The notes under the pieces are model-generated. The model saw only the letters and a program-made list of their open reading frames with translations. It made no database searches and had not been told where the DNA came from. A DNA stretch of 64,000 bases, taken from assembly GCA_012295275.1 (NCBI GenBank), contig CM022669.1, forward strand, positions 1,240,001-1,304,000. The letters are read 5' to 3'. The position numbers were made by a program, and so were the translations under genes. This document shows, in pieces, positions 29,185 through 42,419 of this stretch. This stretch comes from Chrysomallon squamiferum. Its lineage: Eukaryota > Animalia > Mollusca. Position 1 is the first letter of the stretch. Every line of letters begins with the position of its first letter.

Positions 29185-30089
29185 TGTGTTTGTGTGTCTG
29201 TGTGTGTCTGTGAACATGTGTGTCTATATCAGTACGTCCGTGTTTTTATGTTTGTGCATGTATTTGTATGTGTGTATGTACATCTGTGTATATGTATGTT
29301 GTGTGTATATGTGTCTGCATGTATGTGTATATGTGTGTGTATGTATATCTGTGTGTATGTATATGTGTATGTATGTGTATGTATGTATATGTATGTGTAT
29401 GCATGTATGTGTGTATATGTGTATGTATGTATATGTGTATGTATGTATATGTGTGTGTATGTATATCTGTATGTATGTATATGTGTATGTATGTGTGTAT
29501 GTATGTATATGTGTGTGTATGTATATGTGTATGTATGTATATGTGTGTGTATGTATGTATATATGTGTATGTATGTGTGTATGTATATGTGTATGTATAT
29601 ATATGTGTATGTATGTGTATGTATGTATATGTATATGTGTATGTATGTACATGTGTATGTATATGTGTGTGTATGTATATATATATGTGTATGTATATGT
29701 GTATGTATGTATGTGTATGTATGTATGTGTGCATGTATATATATGTGTATGTATGTATATGTATGTGTATGTATGTACATGTGTATGTATACGTGTCTGT
29801 ATGTATATGTGTATGTATATGTGTATGCATGTATATGTGTGTATGTGTATGTATGTATATGTGTATGTATGTATATGTGTGTATGTATGTGTGTATGTAT
29901 ATATATGTGTATGTATGTGTATGTATGTATATGTATATGTGTATGTATGTATATGTGTGTATGTATATGTGTGTATGTATATGTGTGTGTATGTATATGT
30001 GTATGTATATATATGTGTATGTATATGTGTATGTATGTATATGTGTATGTATGAATATGTGTATGTATGTATATGTGTGTGTATGTATA

Positions 30090-30148
<59 letters not shown>
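29185..30148. repeat. Complex (GT/GTAT/AT)n microsatellite
   Basis: Direct reading. Confidence 0.95.
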
Positions 30149-30151
<3 letters not shown>

Positions 30152-31315
30152 AGAATTTATGGAAGTGATGAGCCATTGGGACCTTTGAGCCACCCCATGA
30201 ACTCCTGACATCTTTCCACCATCAGTGCAACCACACCAGACAACCCTTCACCCGTACTGTTTAGAGAACTTTGAGCAGTCAAGTGACACATCCATCAAAA
30301 AGCAGATTTTTCACTACCTTGAGTAACTGTTTTGTGTTTTGGTTACAATTTAATACTGAGGTGATAATACATATTTCATAGATCCTGTAAAGGTTTGTGT
30401 TTCTTGTTAGTTATTTGTTGACATCTCAGTACAGTTGTAGTTGATGAGTCATGTGGTTCTCTGGTACACTGGACTCACATGTTCAAAGTGGTGCTGAGGA
30501 CTAAAGAGACATTTTCTCTGGGGCCTTGTGGCTCATTGGATCCCACAGCCTTTCAGAGCAATACATCTAGGTATAAAGTCAGTGATAAATAATTAATTAC
30601 TGGCATTACCTGTCTTCTGGATAGACTAGAGTGCTGTATCTCGTATAAAAAGAAAGCCTACAAAGAAAGAACGGAAGACAGACAGAAATCTCTTCTCAGC
30701 AGAGCTAATGAAGAGCAATGTCCTCTACATCAGTTTAATCACACAACCAGAAGACGAGAATGAGGTCCAAGAAGTCCAGTTTCTTAGAAAATCTTCCAGG
30801 CACACTATGTCATGTGCATTTATTGAGTGTATCCAAGAAGAAATGAACTCAACTGAGGCAGTTTTGATTTTGGTTGACCTTGCGGAACCTTCTGTGCAAC
30901 CCACCAAAATGCAGAAGGCAATCATACAATTCAGTGCTAATTTTGATGGGTTCAATCTTGAATACAATTCAGCAGTAGTTTAGGACTCATGAAACTACAG
31001 TGTAACCATGGCGACTGAGTCAACAGCACAATGTGTCCTACACTGAGGTCAGTGTGTTGAAAATGTAGTTCAGCCCTTACTTTGTTACAGCATGTGCACC
31101 TCAGTGGAAATTTATGATGGGAATTAAAAAAAGGATTTACATGTGTGTTGAAACTAGCTACTTTGATATTGTTGAGGATGGCGTATCAAACTCTACATTG
31201 TAATCAAGAGCAATAATGCCTCTTCAAGCATCAACAGTTTTCAATCAACATCTATCAAAGTTAAGGTGAAATGGGCAAAAATCTTAAAAATGGCTCCTTT
31301 GTCCCCAGTTTCCCC
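30148..31315. mobile_element. Probable decayed non-autonomous Tc1/mariner-pogo-like DNA transposon relic
   Basis: About 1.2 kb of unique sequence interrupts a TA/TG microsatellite. The right end reverse-complements to GGGGAAACTGGGGACAAAGGAGCCATTTT and the left end is GGGAGAA..GATGAGCCATTGGGACCTTTGAGCCA, consistent with imperfect TIRs. No intact transposase. Confidence 0.4.
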
Positions 31316-31448
31316 AATATATGTGTATATGTTTCTGTGTATGTAAGTATATGTGTATATAATGTGTGTGTGTCTGTATATGTATGCATGTATATATGTG
31401 TAAATACATACATGCATACATAAAGACATACATACATACATACATACA

Positions 31449-31491
<43 letters not shown>

Positions 31492-31576
31492 GTTATTATT
31501 ATTATTGTTATTATTATTATTATTGTTATTGTTATTGTTGTTATTATTGTTATTGTTATTATTATTATTTTTGTAG

Positions 31577-31620
31577 GTTCACCAGAAGATGTCAGACAAT
31601 TTCTTCACAAACATGATGAG
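31577..31620 (+). CDS. SHFL: Shiftless homologue exon 3 (44 nt): SSPEDVRQFLHKHDE
   Basis: ttgtAG/GAG|GTAAAT boundaries; phase 1-0 bridges exons 2 and 4. Confidence 0.82.
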
Positions 31621-31629
31621 GTAAATAAC

Positions 31630-32220
31630 AAACACACACACACACACACACACATACACACTTACACACACATACACACACATACATACATACACACATA
31701 CATACATACATACATACATACACACATGCATACACACAGACACATACATACGTACACACATACACACATGCACACATACACATACATACATACACAAACA
31801 CACACATACATATACATACATACATACACAAACACACATATACATACACATGCATACATATATACATACACAAACACACATACATATACATACATACACA
31901 AATGGACACATACACATACATACACACAAACACATACCCATACACAGACATACACACAGAAACACATATATACATATACACATTCATAAACACAAACATA
32001 CACATATGCATATAAACATAGATTATACTCTTTCCTCTACAAATACACATGCATACACACACATACAGACACATACACTAACACACAGACATGCACATAC
32101 ATACTGATACACACAACCATATACACACATGCATACACACAGAGACACATATTTATAATATGAATACATGCAGTGTTATAGTTACCATTTATATAAATAT
32201 ATGTACAGACAGACATACAC
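31630..32220. repeat. Complex (CA/CATA)n microsatellite
   Basis: Fills SHFL intron 3; complementary to the intron 2 tract. Confidence 0.92.
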
Positions 32221-32250
32221 ACAAGTTTATACAACTTTTTCTTTCTTTAG

Positions 32251-32373
32251 GCTTTCATTGAAGAACTACAAACTAATTCCGTTATTCAAGAAGAAATTCC
32301 GTTCTCAGTACGACAGTTTGCCTGTGAACCATGTGACAGGTCCTGGTGGAGAAAGGTGCCCAGTAGGAAAGAA
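32251..32373 (+). CDS. SHFL: Shiftless homologue exon 4: [41 protein letters not shown]
   Basis: ctttAG/GTAAGT boundaries; matches the SHFL signature RQFACxxCDxxWWRRVPxRKE. Confidence 0.95.
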
Positions 32374-32529
32374 GTAAGTGGGTAGAAAGTGAAATGGACG
32401 GAAAGAGAGATAAAAACTTCTGAACGAATGAAGGTGAGGAGGTAAAAATAAAACGGAGATATGTCTCAACATGTCACTCACAAAAGTTGTTTCAGTTCAG
32501 ACATTCACAGCATGTTACTTCAAATATAT

Positions 32530-35500
32530 TAGACTGTACTGTATGAGAGTATACACAGCTGAACTGGTTGAGAGTATACACAGGTGTACTGTATGAGAGT
32601 GTACACAGTTGTACTGTATGAGAGTGTACACAGGTGTACTGTATGACACAGTATACACAGTTGTACTGTATGAGAGTACACACAGTTGTACTGTATGAGA
32701 CTACACAGGTGTACTGTATGAGAGTGTACACAGGTGTACTGTATGAGAGTATACACAGGTGTACTGTATGAGATTGTACACAGTTGTACTGTATGAGAGT
32801 GTACACAGGTGTACTGAATGAGAGTATACACAGATGTACTGTGTGAGTGTACACAGGTGTACTGTATGAGAGTATACCCAGGTGTACTGTGTGAGAGTGT
32901 ACACAGGTGTACTGCTTGAGAATATACACAGGTGTACTGTGTGAGAGTGTACACAGGTGTACTGTATGAAAGTATACAGAGCTGTACTGTATGACACAGT
33001 ATACACAGTTGTACTGTATGAGACAGTATACATAGTTGTACTGTATGAGACAGTGTACACAGTTGTACTGTATGAGAGTATACACAGGTGTACTGTATGA
33101 GAGTATACACAGGTGTACTGTATGAGAGTATACACAGGTGTACTGTATGAGAGTATACACAGATGTACTGTATGACACAGTATACACAGTAGTACTGTAT
33201 GAGACAGTATACACAGTTGTACTGTATGAGAGTATACACAGGTATACTGTATGAGAGTATACACAGATGTACTGTATGAGAGTATACACAGTTGTACTGT
33301 ATGAGAGTAGACAGGTATACTGTATGAGAGTATACACAGGGGTATTGTATGAGATTATACACAGGTATACTGTATGAGAGTATACACAGTTGTACTGTAT
33401 GAGAGTGTACACAGTTGTACTGTATGAGAGTAGACACAGTTGTACTTGTATGAGAGTATACACAGTTGTACTGTATGAGAGATACACAGTTGTACTGTCT
33501 GAGAGTATACACAGTTGTACTGTCTGAGAGTGTACACAGTTGTACTGTCTGAGAGTATACACAGATGTACTGTCTGAGAGTATACACAGTTGTACTGTCT
33601 GAGAGTATACACAGTTGTGCTGCATGAGTATACACAGGTGTACTGTATGAGAGTATACACAGATGTACTGTATGACACAGTATACACAGTTGTACTCTAT
33701 GAGAGTATACACAGGTGTACTGTATGAGAGTATACACAGATGTACTGTATGACACAGTATACACAGTTGTACTGTATGAGACAGTATATACAGTTGTACT
33801 GTATGAGTGTACACAGTTGTATTGTATAAGACAGTATACACAGGTGTACTGCATGAGTGTACACAGGTGTACTGTATGAGAGTATACACAGCTGTACTGT
33901 ATGACAGTATACACAGTTGTACTGTATGAGAGTATACACAGTTGTACTGTATGAGAGTATACACAGATGTACTGTATGACACAGTATACACAGATGTACT
34001 GTATGACACAGTGTACACAGTTGTACTGTATGAGAGTATACACAGATGTACTGTATGACACAGTATACAGTTGTACTGTATGACAGTATACACAGGTGTA
34101 CTGTATGAGACAGTATACACAGTTGTACTGTATGAGAGTACACAGTTGTACTGTATGAGAGTAGACACAGTTGTACTGCATGAGAGTATCACAGATCTAC
34201 TCTATGAGACAGTATACACAGTTGTACTGCATGAGTGTGTACACAGGTGTACTGTATGAGAGTATACACAGGTGTACTGTATGACAGTATACACAGTTGT
34301 ACTGTATGAGAGTATGCACAGGTGTACTGTATGAGAGTATACACAGATGTACTGTAAGACACAGTGCACACAGTTGTACTGTATGACAGTATACACAGTT
34401 GTACTGTATGAGAGTATACACAGATGTACTGTATGACACAGTATACACAGTTGTACTGTATGAGACAGTATACACAGATGTATTGTATGACACAGTATAC
34501 ACAGTTGTACTGTATGATAATATACACAGATGTACTGTATAAGACTATACACAGTTGTACTGTATGAGAGTAGACACAGGTATACTGTATGAGAGTATAC
34601 ATAGGTGTACTGTATGAGAGTATACACAGGTGTACTGTATGAGACAGTATACACAGTTGTACTGTATGAGAGTGTACACAGTTGTACTGTATCAGAGTAG
34701 ACACAGTTGTAATGTATGAGAGTAGACACAGATGTATTGTATGAGAGTATACACAGTTGTACTGTATGAGAGTACACAGTTGTACTGTCTGAGAGTATAC
34801 ACAGATGTACTGTCTGAGAGTATACACAGTTGTACTGGATGAGAGTACACACAGGTGTACTGTATGAGAGTATATACAGCTGTACTGTATGAGAGTATAC
34901 ACAGGTGTACTGTATGACACAGTATACACAGTTGTACTGTATGAGTGTATATACAGTTGTAATGTATGAGAGTATACACAGGTGTACTCTGAGAGTATAC
35001 ACAGGTGTACTGTATGAAACAGTATACACAGTTGTACTGTATGAGAGTATACACAGTTGTACTGTATGAGAGTATACACAGGTATACTTTATGAGAGTAT
35101 ACACAGATGTACTGTATGACACAGTATACACAGTTGTACTGTATGAGAGTATACACAGTTGTACTGTATGAGAGTATACACAGGTGTACTGTGTGAGTAT
35201 ACACAGGTGTACTGTATGAGAGTATACACAGTTGTACTGTATGACAGTGTACACAGTTGTACTGTATGACACAGTATACACAGTTGTACTGTATGAGAGT
35301 AGACACAGTTGTACTGTATGAGAGTACACAGTTGTACTGTCTGAGAGTATACACAGATGTACTGTCTGAGAGTATACACAGTTGTACTGGATGAGAGTAT
35401 ATACAGCTGTACTGTATGAGATTATACACAGGTGTACTGTATGAGTGTATACACAGTTGTAATGTATGAGTGTATACACAGTTGTACTCTATGAGAGTAT

Positions 35501-38420
35501 ACACAGGTGTACTCTATGAGAGTATACACAGGTGTACTGTATGAAACAGTATACACAGTTGTACTGTATGAGAGTATACACAGGTATACTTTATGAGAGT
35601 ATACACATGTACTGTATGACACAGTATACACAGTTGTACTGTATGAGAGTATACACAGCTGTACTGTATGAGAGTATACACAGTTGTACTGTATGAGAGT
35701 ATACACAGGTGTACTGTATGACACAGTATACACAGTTGTCCTGTATACACAGGTGTACTGTATGAGACAGTTTACACAGTTGAACTGTATGAGAGTATAC
35801 ACATGTGTACTGTATGACACAGTATACACAGTTGTACTGTATGAGAGTACACACAGCTGTACTGTATGAGAGTATACACAGGTATACTGTCTGAGAGTAT
35901 ACACAGTTGTACTGTATGAGAGTATACACAGATGTACTGTATGAGATTATACACAGTTGTACTGTGTGACACAGTTTACAGTTGTACTGTATGAGAGTAT
36001 ACACAGGTGTACTGTATGAGAGTATACACAGTTGTACTGTATGAGAGTATACACAGGTGTACTGTATGAGTGTAAACAGGTGTACTGTATGAGTGTAAAC
36101 ACGTGTACTGTATGAGTGTAAACACGTGTACTGTATGAGAGTATACACAGTTGTTCTGTTTGAGAGTGTACACAGTTGTGCTTTATGAGAGTATACACAG
36201 TTGTACTGTATGAGTGTATACACAGTTGTACTGTATGAGAGTATACACAAATGTACTGTATGAGAGTATACACAGTTGTCCTGTATGAGTGTATACACAG
36301 TTGTACTGTATGAGTGTATACACAGTTGTACTGTATGAGAGTGTACACAGGTGTACTGTATGAGAGTATACACAGGTGTACTGTATGAGAGTATACACAG
36401 GTGTACTGTATGAGTGTACACAGGTGTACTGTATGAGACAGTATACACAGTTGTACTGTGAGTATACACAGTTGTACTGTATGAGAGTATACACAGGTGT
36501 ACTGTATGAGAGTATACATAGGTGTACTGTATGAGACAGTATACACAGGTGTACTGTATGAGAGTATACACAGATGTACTGTATGAGACAGTATACACAG
36601 TTGTACTGCATGAGTGTATACACAGTTGTTCTGTATGAGAGTATACACAAATGTATTGTATGAGAGTATACACAGTTGTACTGTGTGAGAGTATACACAG
36701 ATGTACTGTATGAGAGTATACACAGGTGTACTCTATGAGAGTATACACAGGTGTACTGTATTAGACAGTATACACAGTTGTACTGTATGAGAGTATACAG
36801 AGTTGTACTGTATGAGAGTATGCACAGATGTACTGTATGAGACAGTATACACAGTTGTACTGTATGAGACAGTATACACAGTTGTACTGTATGAGAGTAT
36901 ACACAGTTGTACTGTCTGAGAGTATACACAGGTGTACTGTCAGAGAGTATACACAGTTGTACTGTTTGAGTGTACACAGTTGTACTGTATGAGAGTATAC
37001 ACAGTTGTACTGTTTGAGAGTGTACACAGTTGTACTGTATGAGAGTATACACAGTTGTACTGTATCAGAGTATACACAAATGTACTGTATCAGAGTATGC
37101 ACAGTTGTTCTGTATGAGAGTGTACACAGTTGTACTGTGTCAGAGTATACACAGATGTACTGTATGAGAGTGTACACAGGTGTACTGTGTGAGAGTGTAC
37201 ACAGATGTACTGTATCAGACAGTATACACAGTTGTACTGTATGAGAGTATACACAGATGTACTGTATGAGAGTATACACAGGTGTACTGTATGAGAGTAT
37301 ACACAGTTGTACTGTATGAGAGTATACACAATTGTACCGTATGAGAGTATACACAGTTGTACTGTATGAGAGTGTACACAGATGTACTGTATCAGACAGT
37401 ATACACAGGTGTACTGTATGAGAGTATACACAGGTGTACTGTATGAGAGTATACACAGTTGTACTGTATGAGAGTATACACAGATGTACTCTATGAGAGT
37501 GTACACAGGTATACTGTTTGAGACAGTATACACAGTTGTACTGTATGAGAGTGTACGCAGGTATTCTGTATGAGACAGTATACACAGTTGTACTGTATGA
37601 GGGTATACACAGTTGTACTGTTTGAGAGAATATACACAGTTCTATTGTATGTGAGTATACACAGTTGTACTGTATGAGACAGTTTACAGTTGTACTGTAT
37701 GAGACAGTTTACAGTTGTACTGTATGAGAGTATACTCAGGTGTATTTTATGAGTATACACAGTTGTACTATATGAGAGAGTATACACAGTTGTACTATAT
37801 GAGATAGTATACACAGTTGTACTGTATGATACAGAATACACAGTTCTAGTCTGTGAGACAGTATACACAGATGTACTCGATGAGACAGTATACACAGTTG
37901 TACTGTATGAGAGTATACACAGTTGTACTGTATGAGAGTATACACAGATGTAATGTATGAGAGTATACACAGTTGTACTGTATGAGAGTATACACAGGTG
38001 TACTGTATGAGACAGTATATACAGTTGTACTGTATGAGAGTATACACAGGTGTACTGTATGAGAGTATACACAGATGTACTGTATGACATTATACACAGA
38101 TGTACTCTATGAGTGTATACACAGGTGTACTGTATGAGTATATACAGTTGTTCTGTATGAGAGTATACAGAGTTCTACTGAATGAGACAGTATACACAAT
38201 TGTATAGTAAGTTAGTAAACAGTTGTACAGTATGCGAGTACACAGTTCTAATGTAAGTACACACAGTTGTACAGTATGCGAGTATACACAGTTCTAATGT
38301 GAGTACACACAGTTGTACATTATGTGAGTGCATACAGTTGTACAATATGTGAGTGCATACAGTTGTACAGTATGTGTGTATACACAGTTGTACAGTGAGT
38401 ACACAGTTGTACAGTAACAT
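32530..38420. repeat. ~5.9-kb 25-bp minisatellite (GTACTGTATGAGAGTATACACAG[TT/GT/AT]), with 23- and 27-bp variants
   Basis: Direct reading; explains all ORFs from 32.5 to 38.4 kb. Confidence 0.97.
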
Positions 38421-38586
38421 ATATCAAACTGTGGAGGTTATTTCAGGTTTTGTTGTTTCATTGTTAAACAAAAAAACAACAGAAAAGAATGTATGTGTGT
38501 ATGTATAGCAATTGATCATTTGATAACATGATGCTGTTAACAATGTTTTCATTGAGTGTCTTACCCATTTGCAATATACAAAATGT

Positions 38587-39010
38587 AAATCTGTTTTAGT
38601 GTGTGTTTAACTATTCACACTTTCCTACACACATATTGTTTTAAATCTGTTTTAGTGTGTGTTTATCTGTTCACACTGTCCTACACACATATTGTTTTAA
38701 ATCTGTTTTAGTGTGTGTTTATCTGTTCACACTGTCCTACACACATATTGTTTTAAATCTGTTTTAGTGTGTGTTTAACTATTCACACTGTCCTACACAC
38801 ATATTGTTTTAAATCTGTTTTAGTGTGTGTTTATCTATTCACACTGTCCTACACACATATTGTTTTAAATCTGTTTTAGTGTGTGTTTATATTTTCACAC
38901 TGTCCTACATACATATTGTTTTAAATCTGTTTTAGTGTGTGTTTATATTTTCACACTGTCCTACATACATATTGTTTTAAATCAGTTTTAATTGTGTGTT
39001 TATCTATTCA
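38587..39010. repeat. 56-bp minisatellite, ~7.5 copies
   Basis: AAATCTGTTTTAGTGTGTG unit at 38587, 38643 and onward. Confidence 0.92.
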
Positions 39011-39040
39011 GATTTGATTTGTTTTCAAATGACTTTTCAG

Positions 39041-39141
39041 GTTTCAAAATGTCACAGATGTAAACAAAAGTATGATGCCCTGCCGCGCGAGCGTGAGTGG
39101 GGCTGGGCGGAGTTTTACTGCAGCTGTGGGAATGTCTTTAA
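39041..39141 (+). CDS. SHFL: Shiftless homologue exon 5: VSKCHRCKQKYDALPREREWGWAEFYCSCGNVF(N)
   Basis: ttttcAG/GTAAGT boundaries, phase 0-2; matches the recalled human VSRCRKC..Y..VP...WG.AEF.C. Confidence 0.95.
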
Positions 39142-39454
39142 GTAAGTGACATGTGTCATCAAACATCAATGTCGTCATACATCTTCTTCATCCTTAACAT
39201 TGTAATGAGTTTCACTTGCAACAAATATGTTTTATAATTTTATTAAATATCAAAGGTTTTGAAAATTATCAGAGTATTGTTCTTCATTTCTATTTTGCTA
39301 TTCCTGGTATTGTTGTTTTATCTTGTTATCATTATCGTTATTTCAGGCATATTCCCCACTCAGCAAGCACTCTGTGACTGGTTTATCACAAACCTTGCTT
39401 CCCCGGAATGACTTTCTTGTAGTTACACCTGGATTAATGTTTTTCGTATTCACG

Positions 39455-40605
39455 TCTTGGTTAATCTGGTAGCATGACTCTTTCACTATACACTATATGG
39501 TTAATCTGGTAGCATGACTCTTTCACTATACACTATATGGTTAATCTCATAACACTAATATCTCACTGTACACTACATATTTAATCTGTATCACTAATAT
39601 CTCACTGTACACTACATGGTTAATCTCATAACACTAATATCTCACTGTACACTACATGGTTAATCTCATAACACTAATATCTCACTGTACACTACATATT
39701 TAATCTGCATCACTAATATCTCACTCTAAACTACATGGTTAATCTCATAACACTAATATCTCACTGTATACTACATATTTAATCTGTATCACTAATATCT
39801 CACTGTACATTACATGGTTAATCTTGTAACACTAATCTCTCACTGTACACTACATGATTAATCTTGTAACACTAATCTCTCACTGTACACTACATGGTTA
39901 ATCTTGTAACACTAATCTCTCACTGTAAACTACATGGTTAATCTTGTAACACTAATCTCTCACTGTACACTACATGTTTAATCTATAACACTAATCTCTC
40001 AGTGTACACTACATGGTTAATCTATAACACTAATCTCTCACTGTACACTACATGTTTAATCTATAACACTAATCTCTCACTGTACACTACATGTTTAATC
40101 TGGTAATACTAATCTCTCACTGTACACTACATGGTTAATCTGGTAACACTAATGTTTCACTGTACACTACAGTTAATCTGGTAACACTAATGTTTCACTG
40201 TACACTACATAGTTAATCTGCTAACATTAATGTTTCACTGTACACTACATAGTTAATCTGCTAACACTAATGTTTCACTGTACACCACATAGTTAATCTG
40301 CTAACACTAATGTTTCACTGTACACCACATAGTTAATCTGCTAACAGTAATGTTTCACTCTACTCTACATAGTTAATCTGCTAACACTAATGTTTCACTG
40401 TACTCTACATAGTTAATCTGCTAACACTGATGTTTCACTATACACTACATGGTTAATCTGGTAACACTAATCTCTCACTGTACATTACATGGTTAATCTG
40501 GTAACACTAATGTTTCACTGTACTCCACATAGTTAATCTGGTAACACTAATGTTTCACTGTACACTACATAGTTAATCTGGTAACACTAATGTTTCACTG
40601 TACTA
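39455..40605. repeat. 39-41-bp minisatellite (ACACTACATGGTTAATCT..TAACACTAATCTCTCACTGT)
   Basis: Direct reading; same family as the 42.4-44.6 kb array. Confidence 0.93.
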
Positions 40606-40609
40606 ATGT

Positions 40610-41800
40610 TTCAGGTATTGTTTTTAGTAATCATAGTAGTGGTACTGGTATTACTAGTAATGCTAGTAGTGGTACAGGTATTATATTTAGTAATGCTAGT
40701 AGTGTTACTGATATTGCTAGTACTAATGCTAGTGGTGATGCATGTATTATGTTTAGTAATGCTAGTACTGGTACAGGTTTTATTATTAATTCCAATTTGG
40801 TAATGCTAGTAGTGTAAGGTATTATTAGTAGAAATGCCAGTATTAATACTGGTATTATTTTTAGTAATGCTAGTAGTGATGCAGATTTTATTTGTAGTAA
40901 TGCTAGTTATTGTAAGATATTAGTGGTAATGTTAGTAGTGGTACTGATATTGTTAGTATAGCACTAGTAGTGATGCAGGTTTTATTTGTAGTAATGCTAG
41001 TTATTGTAAGATATTAGTGGTAATGTTAGCAGTGGTACTGATATTGTTAGTATAGCACTAGTAGTGATGCAGGTTTTATTTGTAGTAATGCTAGTTATTG
41101 TAAGATATTAGTGGTAATGTTAGCAGTGGTACTGATATTGTTAGTATAATACTAGTAGTGGTGCGGGTATTTTTTATTAGTTATGCTAGTAGTGGTACTG
41201 ATAATATTTTTAGTAATGCTAGTAATGGTACTGGTATTAGTTTTGGTAATGTTGTATTGATACTGATAGTATAGTAGCAATGCCAGTAGTTGTACTGGTA
41301 CTTTTATTAGTAATGCTAGTTGTGTTGCATTTACTGATATTTTTAGTAATGCTAGTAGTTGTACTGGTATTATTTTTGATAAAGCTAGTAGTTGTACTGG
41401 TATTAATGTTAGTAATAGTACAGGTATTAATACTAACAATACATGACCCACTTCTAACATTAGCAAAAATAATACCTCCACCACTAGTAGCATTACTAAA
41501 AAGTAACTTTTAATAATGTAGTAGTGGTACTGGTATTATATTTAGTAATGCTAGTAATGGTACAGGTATTATTTGGATTACTACTAGTAGTGTTATTGGT
41601 ATTATTATTAGTAAAGCTAGTAGTGGTACCAGTATTCTTTTTATTAATGCTATAGTTGTACTGCTATTATTAGTAATGCCAGTAGTGGTACTGGTATTAT
41701 TTTTAGTAATTCTAATATTGGTATTATTAATAGTAATGCTAGTATGGTACTTGTGTTGTTAGTGGAAATCCTGGTAGTGGTACTGATATTGTTAGTATAT
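40610..41800. repeat. Degenerate ~33-bp TAG-rich minisatellite with a 94-bp x3 higher-order block and an inverted segment
   Basis: TAGTAATGCTAGTAGTGGTACTGGTATTA cores; the 94-bp block recurs at ~40878, 40972 and 41066. Confidence 0.8.
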
Positions 41801-42186
41801 GTCCTGACCCTCCTGCTGTGGATTGTCATATGTTAGTCAGTACACAAAACCATTCTGAGTGTGACATCAAGTGGAAAGGCTGAAAATTAGGTGTTTCTGA
41901 AATCTGAAATCATTTACAAATGAATCATGAATATGCTAACAGGTCAGAATCTCATATCTACATTTAAATACATCTCTAAGGTTTAATATTTGGTTTTTTG
42001 TTTTCATTCTATTTGATTGTAAATTGAACAAACTTATAGTCCAACCTGATAATACTCGTGTGATATATATTTCATTTATTTTATAATTATTATTTATGAT
42101 TCTCTTTCTTTCTGTTTTACTGTTTTAATTACTAGTTTTGTTACTAAAGTGTTAATAATTTTGTTATTTTTACATGTAATTTTTAG

Positions 42187-42356
42187 CGGCTTTGCTCAAA
42201 TGGGAGTTCCATCTCTCTGCTATCAGTGCAGTGAGACATGTCTGCCTGTGAAAATACTTCCACCCACCAAACGTGCCAGGCCTCGGTCGAATCACATGCA
42301 CAGCTGCTTCGCCTCAAACTGCTTCAATCGCAGAACACACGGAATCGGAAGGTCAG
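42187..42356 (+). CDS. SHFL: Shiftless homologue exon 6: GFAQMGVPSLCYQCSETCLPVKILPPTKRARPRSNHMHSCFASNCFNRRTHGIGRS
   Basis: ttttAG/G|GTAAGT boundaries, phase 2-1; matches G.AQMG.PS.CY.C...P..ILPP..HSC...C.NRR. Confidence 0.95.
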
Positions 42357-42419
42357 GTAAGTAAAGTATTTTAAATCTGACAAATGTAAGGGTTGTCTCT
42401 CACAAGTTTACACTTCTTG

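Noticed and set aside
29032-30211. 340-aa C/V/Y/M and H/T/I/Y ORFs
   Set aside because: Only 29014-29125 is exon; the rest is microsatellite.
32168-32377. ORF-track peptide ...[19 protein letters not shown]
   Set aside because: Wrong frame; the overlapping frame encodes the SHFL RQFAC..C..WWRKVP motif.
32492-38420. Long ORFs up to 566 aa
   Set aside because: They are translations of the 25-bp minisatellite inside SHFL intron 4.
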